Source of the DNA: Candidatus Iainarchaeum sp. | GTDB taxonomy: Archaea > Iainarchaeota > Iainarchaeia > Iainarchaeales > 0-14-0-20-34-12 | Assembly: GCA_030649345.1 (NCBI GenBank) | Contig: JAUSKK010000016.1 | Coordinates: 30,001-62,000 of the forward strand | DNA: 32,000 nucleotides | Direction: 5' to 3' | Shown here: in pieces, positions 23,284 through 31,244 of the stretch | Layout: the number at the start of each line of letters is the position of its first letter | Numbering within the stretch: position 1 is the first letter of the stretch | The notes under the pieces: model-generated | Database searches by the model: none | Seen by the model: only the letters and a program-made list of their open reading frames with translations | What the model was told of the DNA's origin: nothing | Program-made: the position numbers and the translations under genes

Positions 23284-23397
23284 TTAATTTTTAGTAAAGG
23301 CTAGTTTATTGTCTTGTAGGACAAAGCCGCCTTTTTCTAAAATTTCAACTAGTTTTAGGGCTCTTTCTTGACTGATTTTGCCATGCATTTCATTCAT
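23284..23397 (-). CDS. Possible 37-codon small ORF (MNEMHGKISQERALKLVEILEKGGFVLQDNKLAFTKN)
   Basis: Below the ORF-track size cut-off. The ATG (23397-23395) is preceded by the SD-like GAGGGGG (23410-23404, minus strand) with a 6-nt spacer. Helix-turn-strand-like sequence. Could be a gene remnant. Confidence 0.25.
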   Translation of the reverse strand: MNEMHGKISQERALKLVEILEKGGFVLQDNKLAFTKN

Positions 23398-23458
23398 TCT
23401 TTTCCCCCTCACACCTTCTACAATATATTCTAACTCCTTTATATATCTACCGTTTAAC

Positions 23459-23560
23459 AGAGCCTAAATTAACCCTCTTTTTGTTAATTAATAACTATAT
23501 TTGGTTATTTTGCAAAATAGAGCTTAAAATAGCCTTATTTTTTATGTATATTTGCAAAAT
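23459..23560. repeat. Two head-to-tail imperfect direct repeats (60 nt + 42 nt)
   Basis: Unit 1 AGAGCCTAAATTAACCCT...ATTTTGCAAAAT (23459-23518). Unit 2 AGAGCTTAAAATAGCCTT...ATTTGCAAAAT (23519-23560). ATTTTGCAAAAT (23507-23518) is a perfect 12-nt palindrome. Confidence 0.55.
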
Positions 23561-23686
23561 TAGAAAAAAATAATTTTTTAAAAAAAATAAAAAGTTTGGG
23601 CGTTATGTATATGTACTTTATTTTGCGTTTTTAGGCACTTTTGTTTAGTTCTAATTTTTTGACTTATTTTTTTCAAATCCAAAACC

Positions 23687-23694
23687 TATTTATA
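23687..23694 (+). promoter_or_regulatory. TATA-box candidate TATTTATA ~28 nt upstream of ATG 23718
   Basis: No SD. The spacing is consistent with a leaderless or near-leaderless mRNA. Confidence 0.3.
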
Positions 23695-23717
23695 CTTCTA
23701 ATTCAATTATTTATTTT

Positions 23718-24815
23718 ATGCATAATTTTGTTCAAAAAACATCCATGCTTTTCTTGTTAGTCTTAGTTTTGGTTAGCTTAGGGTGTACTTCAAGTACTCC
23801 TTCAGATCAAACAACCAATTCACTGCCTGCAGACACTCAAACAACACTTGGCCAATCGAATGATTCTGATACCACTGTTGATGGCACAGCTGGAACTAGT
23901 CCAGATACTGACGTTGTTGTAGTTGAATATGAATTTTCTTTGTCTTCCAGTGAACCTATTTCGAGTTTATCTGACTCTGAATTAAGCTCTGCTGCTGAAG
24001 GTTTTTCTAGAATAATTCCTAAAAAAGTCAAATTAGTAAACAGTTTTTCGTTTTCAGATATTGAAACCATTTTAAGTAATTCTGAAGATCTGCAAAGTTT
24101 TGGATTTAACACTGTCTTGATTCGTATACCGTATACTGTGACTTCAGAAGGATTATTTGAATTAATCCAAAAAGGAAATTTGTCGGAATCTGATACTGAA
24201 AAATTGTTTGAAACCTATGTTGTTTTAGCTAAACAAAAACATTGGGCTGTATGGATAGCTCCTTCTTTTTCAGTGTCTGAATCATTGATTGCATTGCCGG
24301 ACTTTCAAGTTAAAGCCAAAGAACTTTCGTTTAAATGGGCTGCAGTTGCACAAAAATATTTCGCAGACTTTTTTTCTCCTGCAATTGTTATAGAATCTGC
24401 TTTTCAAAAATTAACGGATAGCGAACGCAGAACTTTAGATGAGACTACTTCGTTTTATGAATCTATTGCATTTAGTTTGCCTACTTACTATACTGGCCCG
24501 TGTATTGTTTATTTAGCCAATTCAAGTCAGTCAGGTTATTTTAATAAAGGAACTTGCAAATGGGTGGCTTTTGATTTAACTAAAACTTCAAGTCAATTAA
24601 CTGCTTCGATTGAACGATTTGAAGCCATTGCAGATAACTGGCAGGTAAAATTTATTCCAGTTCAAATTGTGGACGGAAAAGAACTATACTCAGACTTATT
24701 TACCGCACTCCAAGGACAAGAATTCGCTGGCGGTTTAGGCTTAACGAATTTGTCTTGGTTAAATGACAAAGAATTTAGAGATTCTTTTAAAGAATTTTTA
24801 ATAGAATTTAAGTAA
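23718..24815 (+). CDS. Secreted lipobox protein, 365 aa, S/T/D-rich linker, then a globular domain (weak GH5/TIM-barrel-like hint)
   Basis: MHNFVQKTSMLFLLVLVLVSLG/CTSSTPSDQTTNS.. 'FGFNTVLIRIPY' recalls the GH5 'GFN.vRiP' strand, but I saw no catalytic NE motif. Confidence 0.75.
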   Translation: MHNFVQKTSMLFLLVLVLVSLGCTSSTPSDQTTNSLPADTQTTLGQSNDSDTTVDGTAGTSPDTDVVVVEYEFSLSSSEPISSLSDSELSSAAEGFSRIIPKKVKLVNSFSFSDIETILSNSEDLQSFGFNTVLIRIPYTVTSEGLFELIQKGNLSESDTEKLFETYVVLAKQKHWAVWIAPSFSVSESLIALPDFQVKAKELSFKWAAVAQKYFADFFSPAIVIESAFQKLTDSERRTLDETTSFYESIAFSLPTYYTGPCIVYLANSSQSGYFNKGTCKWVAFDLTKTSSQLTASIERFEAIADNWQVKFIPVQIVDGKELYSDLFTALQGQEFAGGLGLTNLSWLNDKEFRDSFKEFLIEFK

Positions 24816-24831
24816 TTAATTTATGGTTGAT

Positions 24832-26724
24832 TTATTTTAATCGTACCATATCCAAGTTTCTCATGGCTGTGCTTGGAATTTTCATTTTTTGAGAAATGTA
24901 TTGAGAGAATGCAATGGCTTTGCTTTTTTCTCCATGATTGACCAAGACTCTTTTTGGTTTTGGATTAATGCGTTTCAAATAACTTAACAATTGCAGAATA
25001 TCGCTGTGTCCAGAAAAGCCGTCGACTGTTTCTATTCGCATATTGATTTTCAATGCTTTGGTTCTTCCATGAGAATCTGTGATGGGTAATTCTTTGATTC
25101 CTTCTTGGATTTTTCTTCCAGTAGTTCCTTGTGCTTGGAATCCTACAAAAATTAAAGTATTTTTAGGGTCTTCAGCTAATTCTTTAAAGTAATAATAACT
25201 CGAGCCTCCAGTTAACATTCCAGAACTGGCAATAATTACGGATCCGCCGTCTTCCAAAATTTGTTTTCGATCCAAGTTTTTGGCGTTCTTAAAAATTTCA
25301 CTAATAAACGGAGAATCGTTTTGCAGAATTCTTCGTTTGACTTTTTCGCGTAAATATTCAGGATATGCTGTATGCACTGCACTGGCTTCATTGGTCATTC
25401 CATCTACATAGCATTTGGGTTTCATTAATCCTGTTTTGAAAAAGTTTTCAATCACCAGCATGATTTCTTGTCCTCTCCCTACTGCAAATACTGGAATTAA
25501 TACATTTCCGCCTTGGTCTATGGTTTGTTTTACAATGTCAAATAATTGTTTTTCTGCAATCTCTCGGTTCGGCTGATAATCTGATTTTCCTCCATACGTA
25601 CTTTCAATAATTAAAGTTTCCAGTCTAGGATAATTCAAATCAATATTGTCAAACAATCGAACAAAACCATATTTGATGTCTCCAGAGTAAACCAAATTAT
25701 GGTCTCCTTCGCCTATGTGTAAATGAACACTGGCACTTCCTAAAATATGAGCTGCATTGTGTAAAGTTAATCGCATATCTGGGGCAATATCTGTAACTTT
25801 TCTGTAATCTCTCGGAATACAGTACTTAAGCATTTCTTTTACATCGCGTTCCGAATACGGAGCGTCTCGTCCTTCTTTGGTTAATACATCAATAAAATCA
25901 AATTGCATTAAAGTCATTAAATCTCTTGTTGGCAGAGTACTGTACACTGGTCCTTTGTATCCCATTTTGAATAAGTAGGGCAAAAATCCGCAGTGATCCA
26001 TGTGCGCATGGCTAATGATCACAGCATCTAATTCACTTAACGGGAAATGCAAGGTTTCCAAAAAAGGATACGAGTCTTTGGTGGCATTGGATACATTTAA
26101 TCCGCAATCCAATAATACTTTGGTTTGCGGAGTTTCTACCAGCATACAACTTCGGCCTACTTCTTGAAATCCTCCCAATGCTCCTATTCGAACCCATTCT
26201 GCTTGTTTGTTGGCATCTCTATAAATTCGTTCAGCTACTTGTTTAAGAATTTCTTTTCGTTCTTTCGAATATTTGTTTAAATGATGTCGTAATCCTGTTA
26301 AAATTTCAGATTCTTGTGTTGGCGCTCGCACAATATTGGGAGTCCATCCAGTTTCTAGAATAATTCTTTTCGAAGTTTCTCCGCCTTTTCCAATAACCAG
26401 TCCTGGCTTTAAGGCTTCAATAACTGCTTCCGAAAAACATTCATTGAATGTAATATCTTTGATGCCTGCATCCACTGGAATAATTTCTTTAATTTTTTCC
26501 AAAGCTTCATCTTTATCCATCAGTAAGCTTTTGTCGGTGCGGATATTCATCATTTTTTTTAATTCATGAGACAATTTGGAAACCAAATTATCGTTTTCAA
26601 AAAATGCTTTTGGATTTTTGGTGTAAATTGCAATTTCCGGTCCTTCCATTTCAATTTTAGTAATTTCTGCATTGTTAGGTGCAATATTGTGAATGGTTTC
26701 TTTAATTTGGTTTATAACTTCCAT
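24832..26724 (-). CDS. aCPSF1-type ribonuclease (N-terminal KH domains + metallo-beta-lactamase + beta-CASP); archaeal transcription-termination/RNA-processing factor family
   Basis: KH GXXG loop 'GLVIGKGGETSKRI', MBL 'ISHAHMDHCGFLPYL', beta-CASP C-terminal 'FSGHSD' and 'VNHGE'. 630 aa. SD GGAGG (26736-26732, minus strand) 7 nt upstream of the ATG. Confidence 0.9.
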   Translation of the reverse strand: MEVINQIKETIHNIAPNNAEITKIEMEGPEIAIYTKNPKAFFENDNLVSKLSHELKKMMNIRTDKSLLMDKDEALEKIKEIIPVDAGIKDITFNECFSEAVIEALKPGLVIGKGGETSKRIILETGWTPNIVRAPTQESEILTGLRHHLNKYSKERKEILKQVAERIYRDANKQAEWVRIGALGGFQEVGRSCMLVETPQTKVLLDCGLNVSNATKDSYPFLETLHFPLSELDAVIISHAHMDHCGFLPYLFKMGYKGPVYSTLPTRDLMTLMQFDFIDVLTKEGRDAPYSERDVKEMLKYCIPRDYRKVTDIAPDMRLTLHNAAHILGSASVHLHIGEGDHNLVYSGDIKYGFVRLFDNIDLNYPRLETLIIESTYGGKSDYQPNREIAEKQLFDIVKQTIDQGGNVLIPVFAVGRGQEIMLVIENFFKTGLMKPKCYVDGMTNEASAVHTAYPEYLREKVKRRILQNDSPFISEIFKNAKNLDRKQILEDGGSVIIASSGMLTGGSSYYYFKELAEDPKNTLIFVGFQAQGTTGRKIQEGIKELPITDSHGRTKALKINMRIETVDGFSGHSDILQLLSYLKRINPKPKRVLVNHGEKSKAIAFSQYISQKMKIPSTAMRNLDMVRLK

Positions 26725-26771
26725 TTAAAATCCTCCGGATTTTAATATATAAAATTCCTTGAATTTTATAA

Positions 26772-26798
26772 TTGTAAAAATTCTTCAAATTTTTACAA
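26772..26798. promoter_or_regulatory. Palindrome TTGTAAAAATT-CTTCA-AATTTTTACAA upstream of aCPSF1
   Basis: 11-bp perfect arms, 48-74 nt upstream of the aCPSF1 ATG (26724). The AT-rich composition lowers its significance. Confidence 0.25.
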
Positions 26799-26915
26799 AT
26801 TTTTTAAATTTTCGTTAAAATTTAAATCCATAGTTTCTTCCCGAGTGTGTTTATATAAAAATGCAAAATAATTTTTTCCTAGCAAAAGGCATGCTAGTTT
26901 TTTTAGCTCTCTTTT

Positions 26916-27566
26916 TTAGTTGATTGTTCTATTTTTTTCTTCTTCTACTAATTTTTTGATAGCTTCGTCATCCAATAGTCTGGCTCCGTTTGTGTCAATG
27001 ACCATGATGGTAATGCTTCGTCCGCCAGTATAAATGTCTCTTTTTTTGCTGGCTAAAATAGCGCGAGTCACTAAATGCAGTCCGTCATCTAAGTTCATAT
27101 TGTCTTTATAGTTTTGATCCAATACAGTTAAAGCCAAAGTAGTTCCGCTTCCAGAAGTTGCAAATTGGCTGCGTTCTAAATATCCGCCAAAAGGCATTAA
27201 TTCAAATAATTCTGGTTTGCGAATCATTCCAGCTAAAATAAATTGCACTTCAAAAGGGAAATATCGATTGGCATTTAATACATTGGATATGTAGGTTGCC
27301 ATGGCTTTAGCTGTCATAGGCGTGTCTCGTTCAATTTCATATAATTTAGCATGGGCTTGCAAGAATCGAAGTAAAGTCATACTGTCTGCAACGCTTCCTG
27401 CAGTTGTAAGTGCTGTCTTGTCTGTGACTTTGTATATTTTTTGAGATTCTTGATCGTAGCTTAAATGCCCTAAAGTAGCTTGCATATCTGCAGCTAAAAT
27501 AACCGCGTCTTTGACAACAATTCCTACTGTTGTTGTTCCTGTTTTCAATTCATTTTGTGAAACCAT
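26916..27566 (-). CDS. psmB: Proteasome beta subunit
   Basis: Short propeptide, then the catalytic Thr context 'TGTTTVGIVVKDAVILAADMQAT', 'TTAGSVADSM', 'ATSGSGTTLA'. Confidence 0.9.
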   Translation of the reverse strand: MVSQNELKTGTTTVGIVVKDAVILAADMQATLGHLSYDQESQKIYKVTDKTALTTAGSVADSMTLLRFLQAHAKLYEIERDTPMTAKAMATYISNVLNANRYFPFEVQFILAGMIRKPELFELMPFGGYLERSQFATSGSGTTLALTVLDQNYKDNMNLDDGLHLVTRAILASKKRDIYTGGRSITIMVIDTNGARLLDDEAIKKLVEEEKNRTIN

Positions 27567-27582
27567 TAAAAAACCTGTTTTT

Positions 27583-27607
27583 TTTAAATTTTGTTACAAA
27601 ATTTAAA
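27583..27607. promoter_or_regulatory. 25-nt perfect palindrome TTTAAATTTTGT-T-ACAAAATTTAAA upstream of psmB
   Basis: 12-bp arms, 17-41 nt upstream of the psmB ATG (27566). Contains TATA-like TTTAAAT in both orientations. Confidence 0.35.
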
Positions 27608-27684
27608 CCCATAAAAATTCCTGATAGAAACTAGAACCCTCTATATCCATGAACTACGGTTTATTTTAAAAAGGTTCCGTCCGT

Positions 27685-28413
27685 TTAGTTTTCTTCTTCA
27701 CTGTGCTCATGTTCTTCGGTTTTATTGTAATTTTTTAAGTCTTCTTTTTTGAATTCATCAATGAATTTTACTTTTTTGACATCGTCTAAATATTTTAACA
27801 AAGCAACAGCTGTATGGTGTCTTCCGTGCATGGATTTAAAGAAATCTTTTCCATCCAATTCAATACTGACTTCTGCATTTCCGGACTTTACATTTTCGGA
27901 ATTCACAAAAGGCAAATATTTTTTGGCAATGGCTTTCATTTTTTCATTTTTATCTGTAATTTGATCAACTACTTTAATATCATATTCTAAAGTTTTTCCT
28001 GCCAATGGGTGATTGAAATCTACGCGGACTCTTCCTCCGCTGACAGTTTGAACTCTTCCTTGCATATCATTTAAGCTAACTGCCAATCCTGGAACTGGCA
28101 TAATGTTTCTGTTTTTAAATTCCTGTAATGGAACTAGGCGCACCAACTCTGCCTTTCGTTCTCCGAATGCTTTGCTTGAATTAATTTGAATGTTTTTGTT
28201 TTCTCCAATTTTCATTGTCTTTAAGTTTTCCTCTAATTCTGGCAAAATTTCATGGTTTCCTAAAATAAGTGTTAACGGCTGATAGTTGAAATCTTTATTG
28301 TAAATCCCTGCTTCAATGGCTTTTTGTTCATTCGTAGTATCAAATATTTCTTGTTTTTCTTTGTCTTTTGCTGTAAAATCAATCTGTACAATATCTCCAT
28401 CTTTTAATGCCAT
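27685..28413 (-). CDS. FKBP-type peptidyl-prolyl cis-trans isomerase, long (SlyD/FKBP26-like) form
   Basis: 'DGDIVQIDFTAK', IF-insert-like middle, 'RVDFNHPLAGKTLEYDIKVVD', extra C-terminal domain and an acidic His-containing tail. SD GGAGG (28425-28421, minus strand) 7 nt upstream of the ATG. Confidence 0.85.
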   Translation of the reverse strand: MALKDGDIVQIDFTAKDKEKQEIFDTTNEQKAIEAGIYNKDFNYQPLTLILGNHEILPELEENLKTMKIGENKNIQINSSKAFGERKAELVRLVPLQEFKNRNIMPVPGLAVSLNDMQGRVQTVSGGRVRVDFNHPLAGKTLEYDIKVVDQITDKNEKMKAIAKKYLPFVNSENVKSGNAEVSIELDGKDFFKSMHGRHHTAVALLKYLDDVKKVKFIDEFKKEDLKNYNKTEEHEHSEEEN

Positions 28414-28540
28414 TAAAAAACCTCCTTGTTTTTTAAAGTTTTTAAATTCTTCAAATTTATCGCCATTAGAAATCGTTTTTTTACTAGCTATTAAAGATAT
28501 TAGTAAAAGGTATGTTTTTTAACCTTCTGTTAAGGCTGTT

Positions 28541-28608
28541 CAGAGTGTTGAATGAATAAAAATCATTGATCCATAAGTTTATTCCATTAATTAGTATTCA
28601 ACACTCTG
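28541..28608 (+). repeat. Intergenic inverted-repeat element, copy C (CAGAGTGTTGAAT / ATTCAACACTCTG arms, 42-nt interior)
   Basis: CAGAGTGTTGAAT-GAATAAAAATCATTGATCCATAAGTTTATTCCATTAATTAG-TATTCAACACTCTG. Perfect 13-bp arms. Lies between the divergent FKBP gene and the 478-aa gene. Confidence 0.7.
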
Positions 28609-28642
28609 CCGAACCAAATCCATGCCTTTTTAACTTTTTGTT

Positions 28643-28652
28643 TTATTATATA
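28643..28652 (+). promoter_or_regulatory. TATA-box candidate TTATTATATA ~26 nt upstream of ATG 28674
   Basis: Supports ATG 28674 as the start rather than the track TTG at 28566. Confidence 0.3.
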
Positions 28653-28673
28653 TCTATTCACTATTCTGCGGGG

Positions 28674-30110
28674 ATGTACTTGAATTCAAATGGATTAACT
28701 TCAAATCAAATTTTTATTATTGTAATTGCTGTCTTAATGATTACATCTACAGTAGGCTTTTCTTTAGCTTTTGGAAACAATTCTTCTACTCAGCCAGTGG
28801 ATGATCCTTTATTGAATCAAGCCAATACTTCTACATCTATTGTTTTGGAAGCTAAAGAAGTAGAAGGAATCATTGATCGTTTTTTGCCTCAAGTTCGAAT
28901 TGCAGGCTACACCGATAATTTGAATATTGACGAAATTGATGCCCAAATTTTAGCCACGGATTCAGTTGAAACTGTTTTATCTTCTGAATTTTCGACCCAA
29001 GCCAATTCCAGTCAATTAGTTTATGTTGCAGATGTTGTTCTCCAACAAGACATTACTGCTTTAGATGCCGCAAATGAGTTAACTGAAAAAGCCAATTTTT
29101 TGTCTGAATTGCAAATGATTTCCAAAGCTTTAATTAAATTGCCGGAAAAAGTCACGGCAACCAATGCGGAATTAAATATTTCCAAAGAATATTCTTTGCC
29201 TCAGCCGTTTGTAGAAGCTTTAGCTCAGCTTACGTTTAATGAAGGCGATATTGTTTTCTTGGATCTGCGAATGAATTTAGTTAACAATGTAATTCAAATC
29301 ACCAATGCAGCTATTACTGGAAATGTCAGTCAAACACAATTTGAATTTTCTACACAAGCTAAAGTTAAAGTTGCGGAATTAGAACCTAGATTGGTTTTTT
29401 CCGGAGAATTTATTTACTCTGGTTTTGACGTAAATGTCATTGAACAAGAAATAAAAGAAGAAGTTCAAGACGTAAATGAAACCAAAGTTCGTGTTTATTT
29501 TGGTGAACGCAATATTTTGGTTGGATTAGAACTTATTCGAAATGATTTAAATATTCAAGATTTACAAGCATTGGCTGCAAGAGCTTCCCTCAATTTTTTA
29601 GGAAGTGAAATTTTAACTGACAACAACACAACCACTTTAGCTATTGAATACAACGGAGGTCAATTGGATTATTTTCTTATTCGGGAAGATTTACTGGCTG
29701 CACTTGAAGAAGCAGGCTATCAAAAAGATGTGGATTTTACTTTTTTAGATACCCAAGCAACCATTCAAGGAGAAGTTGTTTTTTCCAGCCTTGAAGAAAT
29801 GACTGCCAAAGTAATTGCTTTACGAAAAATTTTATCGGAAAAATACAAAATTACCACAACCGATGTTCCAGTTCATCAAGTCGCAAAACTCCAAGCCTTA
29901 GAGCCTTTAGTGGATTCGTCTCGAAATCAGTCATTTGATTACAATACTTTGTTTTCGGGTCTTGTATTGGTCGGAAACCAAGTTAATGATGAAATTACTT
30001 TACCTATTGCAGTACAAGTCCAAGGCCGAACGATTACCTATGCTCAAGGAGTTCAAGGAACCCAGCAAGACATAATTGTAACTCACGGTCCTGAAGAAGA
30101 ATCTGAATAA
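28674..30110 (+). CDS. Membrane-anchored or secreted protein, 478 aa, unknown function
   Basis: Start set at ATG 28674 (MYLNSNGLTSNQIFIIVIAVLMITSTVGFSLAFG..). The track start 28566 is a TTG inside an intergenic inverted-repeat element. TATA-like TTATTATATA lies ~26 nt upstream of the ATG. Confidence 0.75.
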   Translation: MYLNSNGLTSNQIFIIVIAVLMITSTVGFSLAFGNNSSTQPVDDPLLNQANTSTSIVLEAKEVEGIIDRFLPQVRIAGYTDNLNIDEIDAQILATDSVETVLSSEFSTQANSSQLVYVADVVLQQDITALDAANELTEKANFLSELQMISKALIKLPEKVTATNAELNISKEYSLPQPFVEALAQLTFNEGDIVFLDLRMNLVNNVIQITNAAITGNVSQTQFEFSTQAKVKVAELEPRLVFSGEFIYSGFDVNVIEQEIKEEVQDVNETKVRVYFGERNILVGLELIRNDLNIQDLQALAARASLNFLGSEILTDNNTTTLAIEYNGGQLDYFLIREDLLAALEEAGYQKDVDFTFLDTQATIQGEVVFSSLEEMTAKVIALRKILSEKYKITTTDVPVHQVAKLQALEPLVDSSRNQSFDYNTLFSGLVLVGNQVNDEITLPIAVQVQGRTITYAQGVQGTQQDIIVTHGPEEESE

Positions 30111-30183
30111 AATTAGTATCATTTAAATAAAATTAGTTTTATTTTTTAGTACTTTTAATTTTTAAAAGTTTTCAATTTTGAAA

Positions 30184-30516
30184 TCATTTTTTTAGCAAAG
30201 TAATTGCTTTAGCAATATCTTGATCATTTTCTTCCAAGGCTTTTCGTGCAATTTCTTTGGAAACATTGGCTTGTTCTGCCACCAGTACAATATCTTCTTC
30301 TGAAAGATTTTCTTCTATTTTTTCTTTGCCCATTATGGTATATGTTTTTTGTCCTTGCATTTCAATGGCTGTTACATTGGGTTGTTCAATTATAATTTTT
30401 TTCCCATTTTGTTCAATGATAACGCGTACAGCTGGAATTTCTTGAGATTTAATGCCCAATTGCTGCATCATTTTTTGCATTTGTTTGGGGTCCATTCGAC
30501 CCATTCCAGGAATCAT
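30184..30516 (-). CDS. nac: Nascent polypeptide-associated complex protein (archaeal NAC: NAC domain + UBA)
   Basis: 'MIPGMGRMDPKQMQKMMQQLGI', a NAC beta-barrel segment, and the C-terminal UBA 'EEDIVLVAEQANVSKEIARKALEENDQDIAKAITLL'. Confidence 0.9.
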   Translation of the reverse strand: MIPGMGRMDPKQMQKMMQQLGIKSQEIPAVRVIIEQNGKKIIIEQPNVTAIEMQGQKTYTIMGKEKIEENLSEEDIVLVAEQANVSKEIARKALEENDQDIAKAITLLKK

Positions 30517-30546
30517 TCAATCACGTCAGTAATTATGTACAGTAAC

Positions 30547-30556
30547 TTTAATATAT
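30547..30556 (+). promoter_or_regulatory. TATA-box candidate TTTAATATAT ~26 nt upstream of ATG 30577
   Basis: Supports ATG 30577 as the start of the 220-aa gene. Confidence 0.3.
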
Positions 30557-30576
30557 CATTTTACATTAATTGGTAT

Positions 30577-31239
30577 ATGGTTGTAGACAAAAATCAGGAA
30601 AAAATCATTTCGTCTCTTGAAGACTTGAATTCATTTGTGCAAATTGATTGGGTCAAACAAGAAGCCCGCAAGCAGTCATTAACTCATTATTTTGCCAGCG
30701 GCGGAGTTATTCGTATTCAAATTAATTCAGCTCAAGAACCTACATTGGTTTATCCCAATAAAAATCGTGTCAAAAATTTGCTGGAAACCAAAAATAGTCT
30801 TAAACAAAATTATTCACAAAAATTAAATTTATGGCAAAAAAAATTAACCGAAGCCAAATTCTTTAACACCATGAATGAATTGAAAAAATTCACCAGTCCT
30901 GTTTTTTGGAAACATATTCAAAAATATTTTATGGACCCGGAATACAAAAAGCACGCCGACAGTATTCAATTGCCTGTGGCTTTAGTGAATGATCCGAGAT
31001 ACAAGCCTATGATTCAAATGTTTGTACGCGATCCAGATTACCGAAAACAATTGGTAGACACAGTTCAAGAATCTGTAGTGTATGCCAACAACCGCAAAGT
31101 TGCACAATTTGCTGAATTTGTGCAAGACTTCCGAAAACAAGAATGTTTGCGCAGAATCAAAGAATTGGACCACAAAATTGCAGAATTAAATTTAGACATT
31201 CAAGCCCTGCAAGAACTCAACAAAAGGTCTTTGTTTTAA
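30577..31239 (+). CDS. Hypothetical protein, 220 aa
   Basis: Start set at ATG 30577 (MVVDKNQEKIISS..). The longer track ORF from 30349 is antisense to nac. TATA-like TTTAATATAT at 30547-30556. C-terminal coiled coil. Confidence 0.65.
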   Translation: MVVDKNQEKIISSLEDLNSFVQIDWVKQEARKQSLTHYFASGGVIRIQINSAQEPTLVYPNKNRVKNLLETKNSLKQNYSQKLNLWQKKLTEAKFFNTMNELKKFTSPVFWKHIQKYFMDPEYKKHADSIQLPVALVNDPRYKPMIQMFVRDPDYRKQLVDTVQESVVYANNRKVAQFAEFVQDFRKQECLRRIKELDHKIAELNLDIQALQELNKRSLF

Positions 31240-31244
31240 TTATT

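Noticed and set aside
23672-23680. TTCAAATCC, a T-loop-like word suggesting a tRNA in the long intergenic region
   Set aside because: The flanking sequence is almost pure A/T with no acceptor, D or anticodon stems, so no cloverleaf can be drawn.
26893-26911. Hairpin CTAGCA-AAAGGCA-TGCTAG followed by T7 on the plus strand as a rho-independent-type terminator
   Set aside because: No plus-strand gene ends upstream of it. On the relevant minus strand (downstream of psmB) the T-run becomes an A-run preceding the stem. At most it is a weak 6-bp stem and is not supportable as a terminator.
1599-28608. CRISPR array formed by the GTTGAA/TTCAAC repeats
   Set aside because: The copies are kilobases apart and separated by genes, in both orientations. 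They are inverted rather than direct repeats, and no cas genes are present.
28566-28673. TTG-initiated N-terminal extension of the 514-aa track ORF, and likewise 30349-30576 for the 296-aa ORF and 2989-3051 for the 173-aa ORF
   Set aside because: The extensions begin inside an intergenic repeat element or run antisense to / overlap neighbouring genes (nac, the 161-aa pilin). Downstream ATGs have appropriate TATA spacing or give proper signal peptides.
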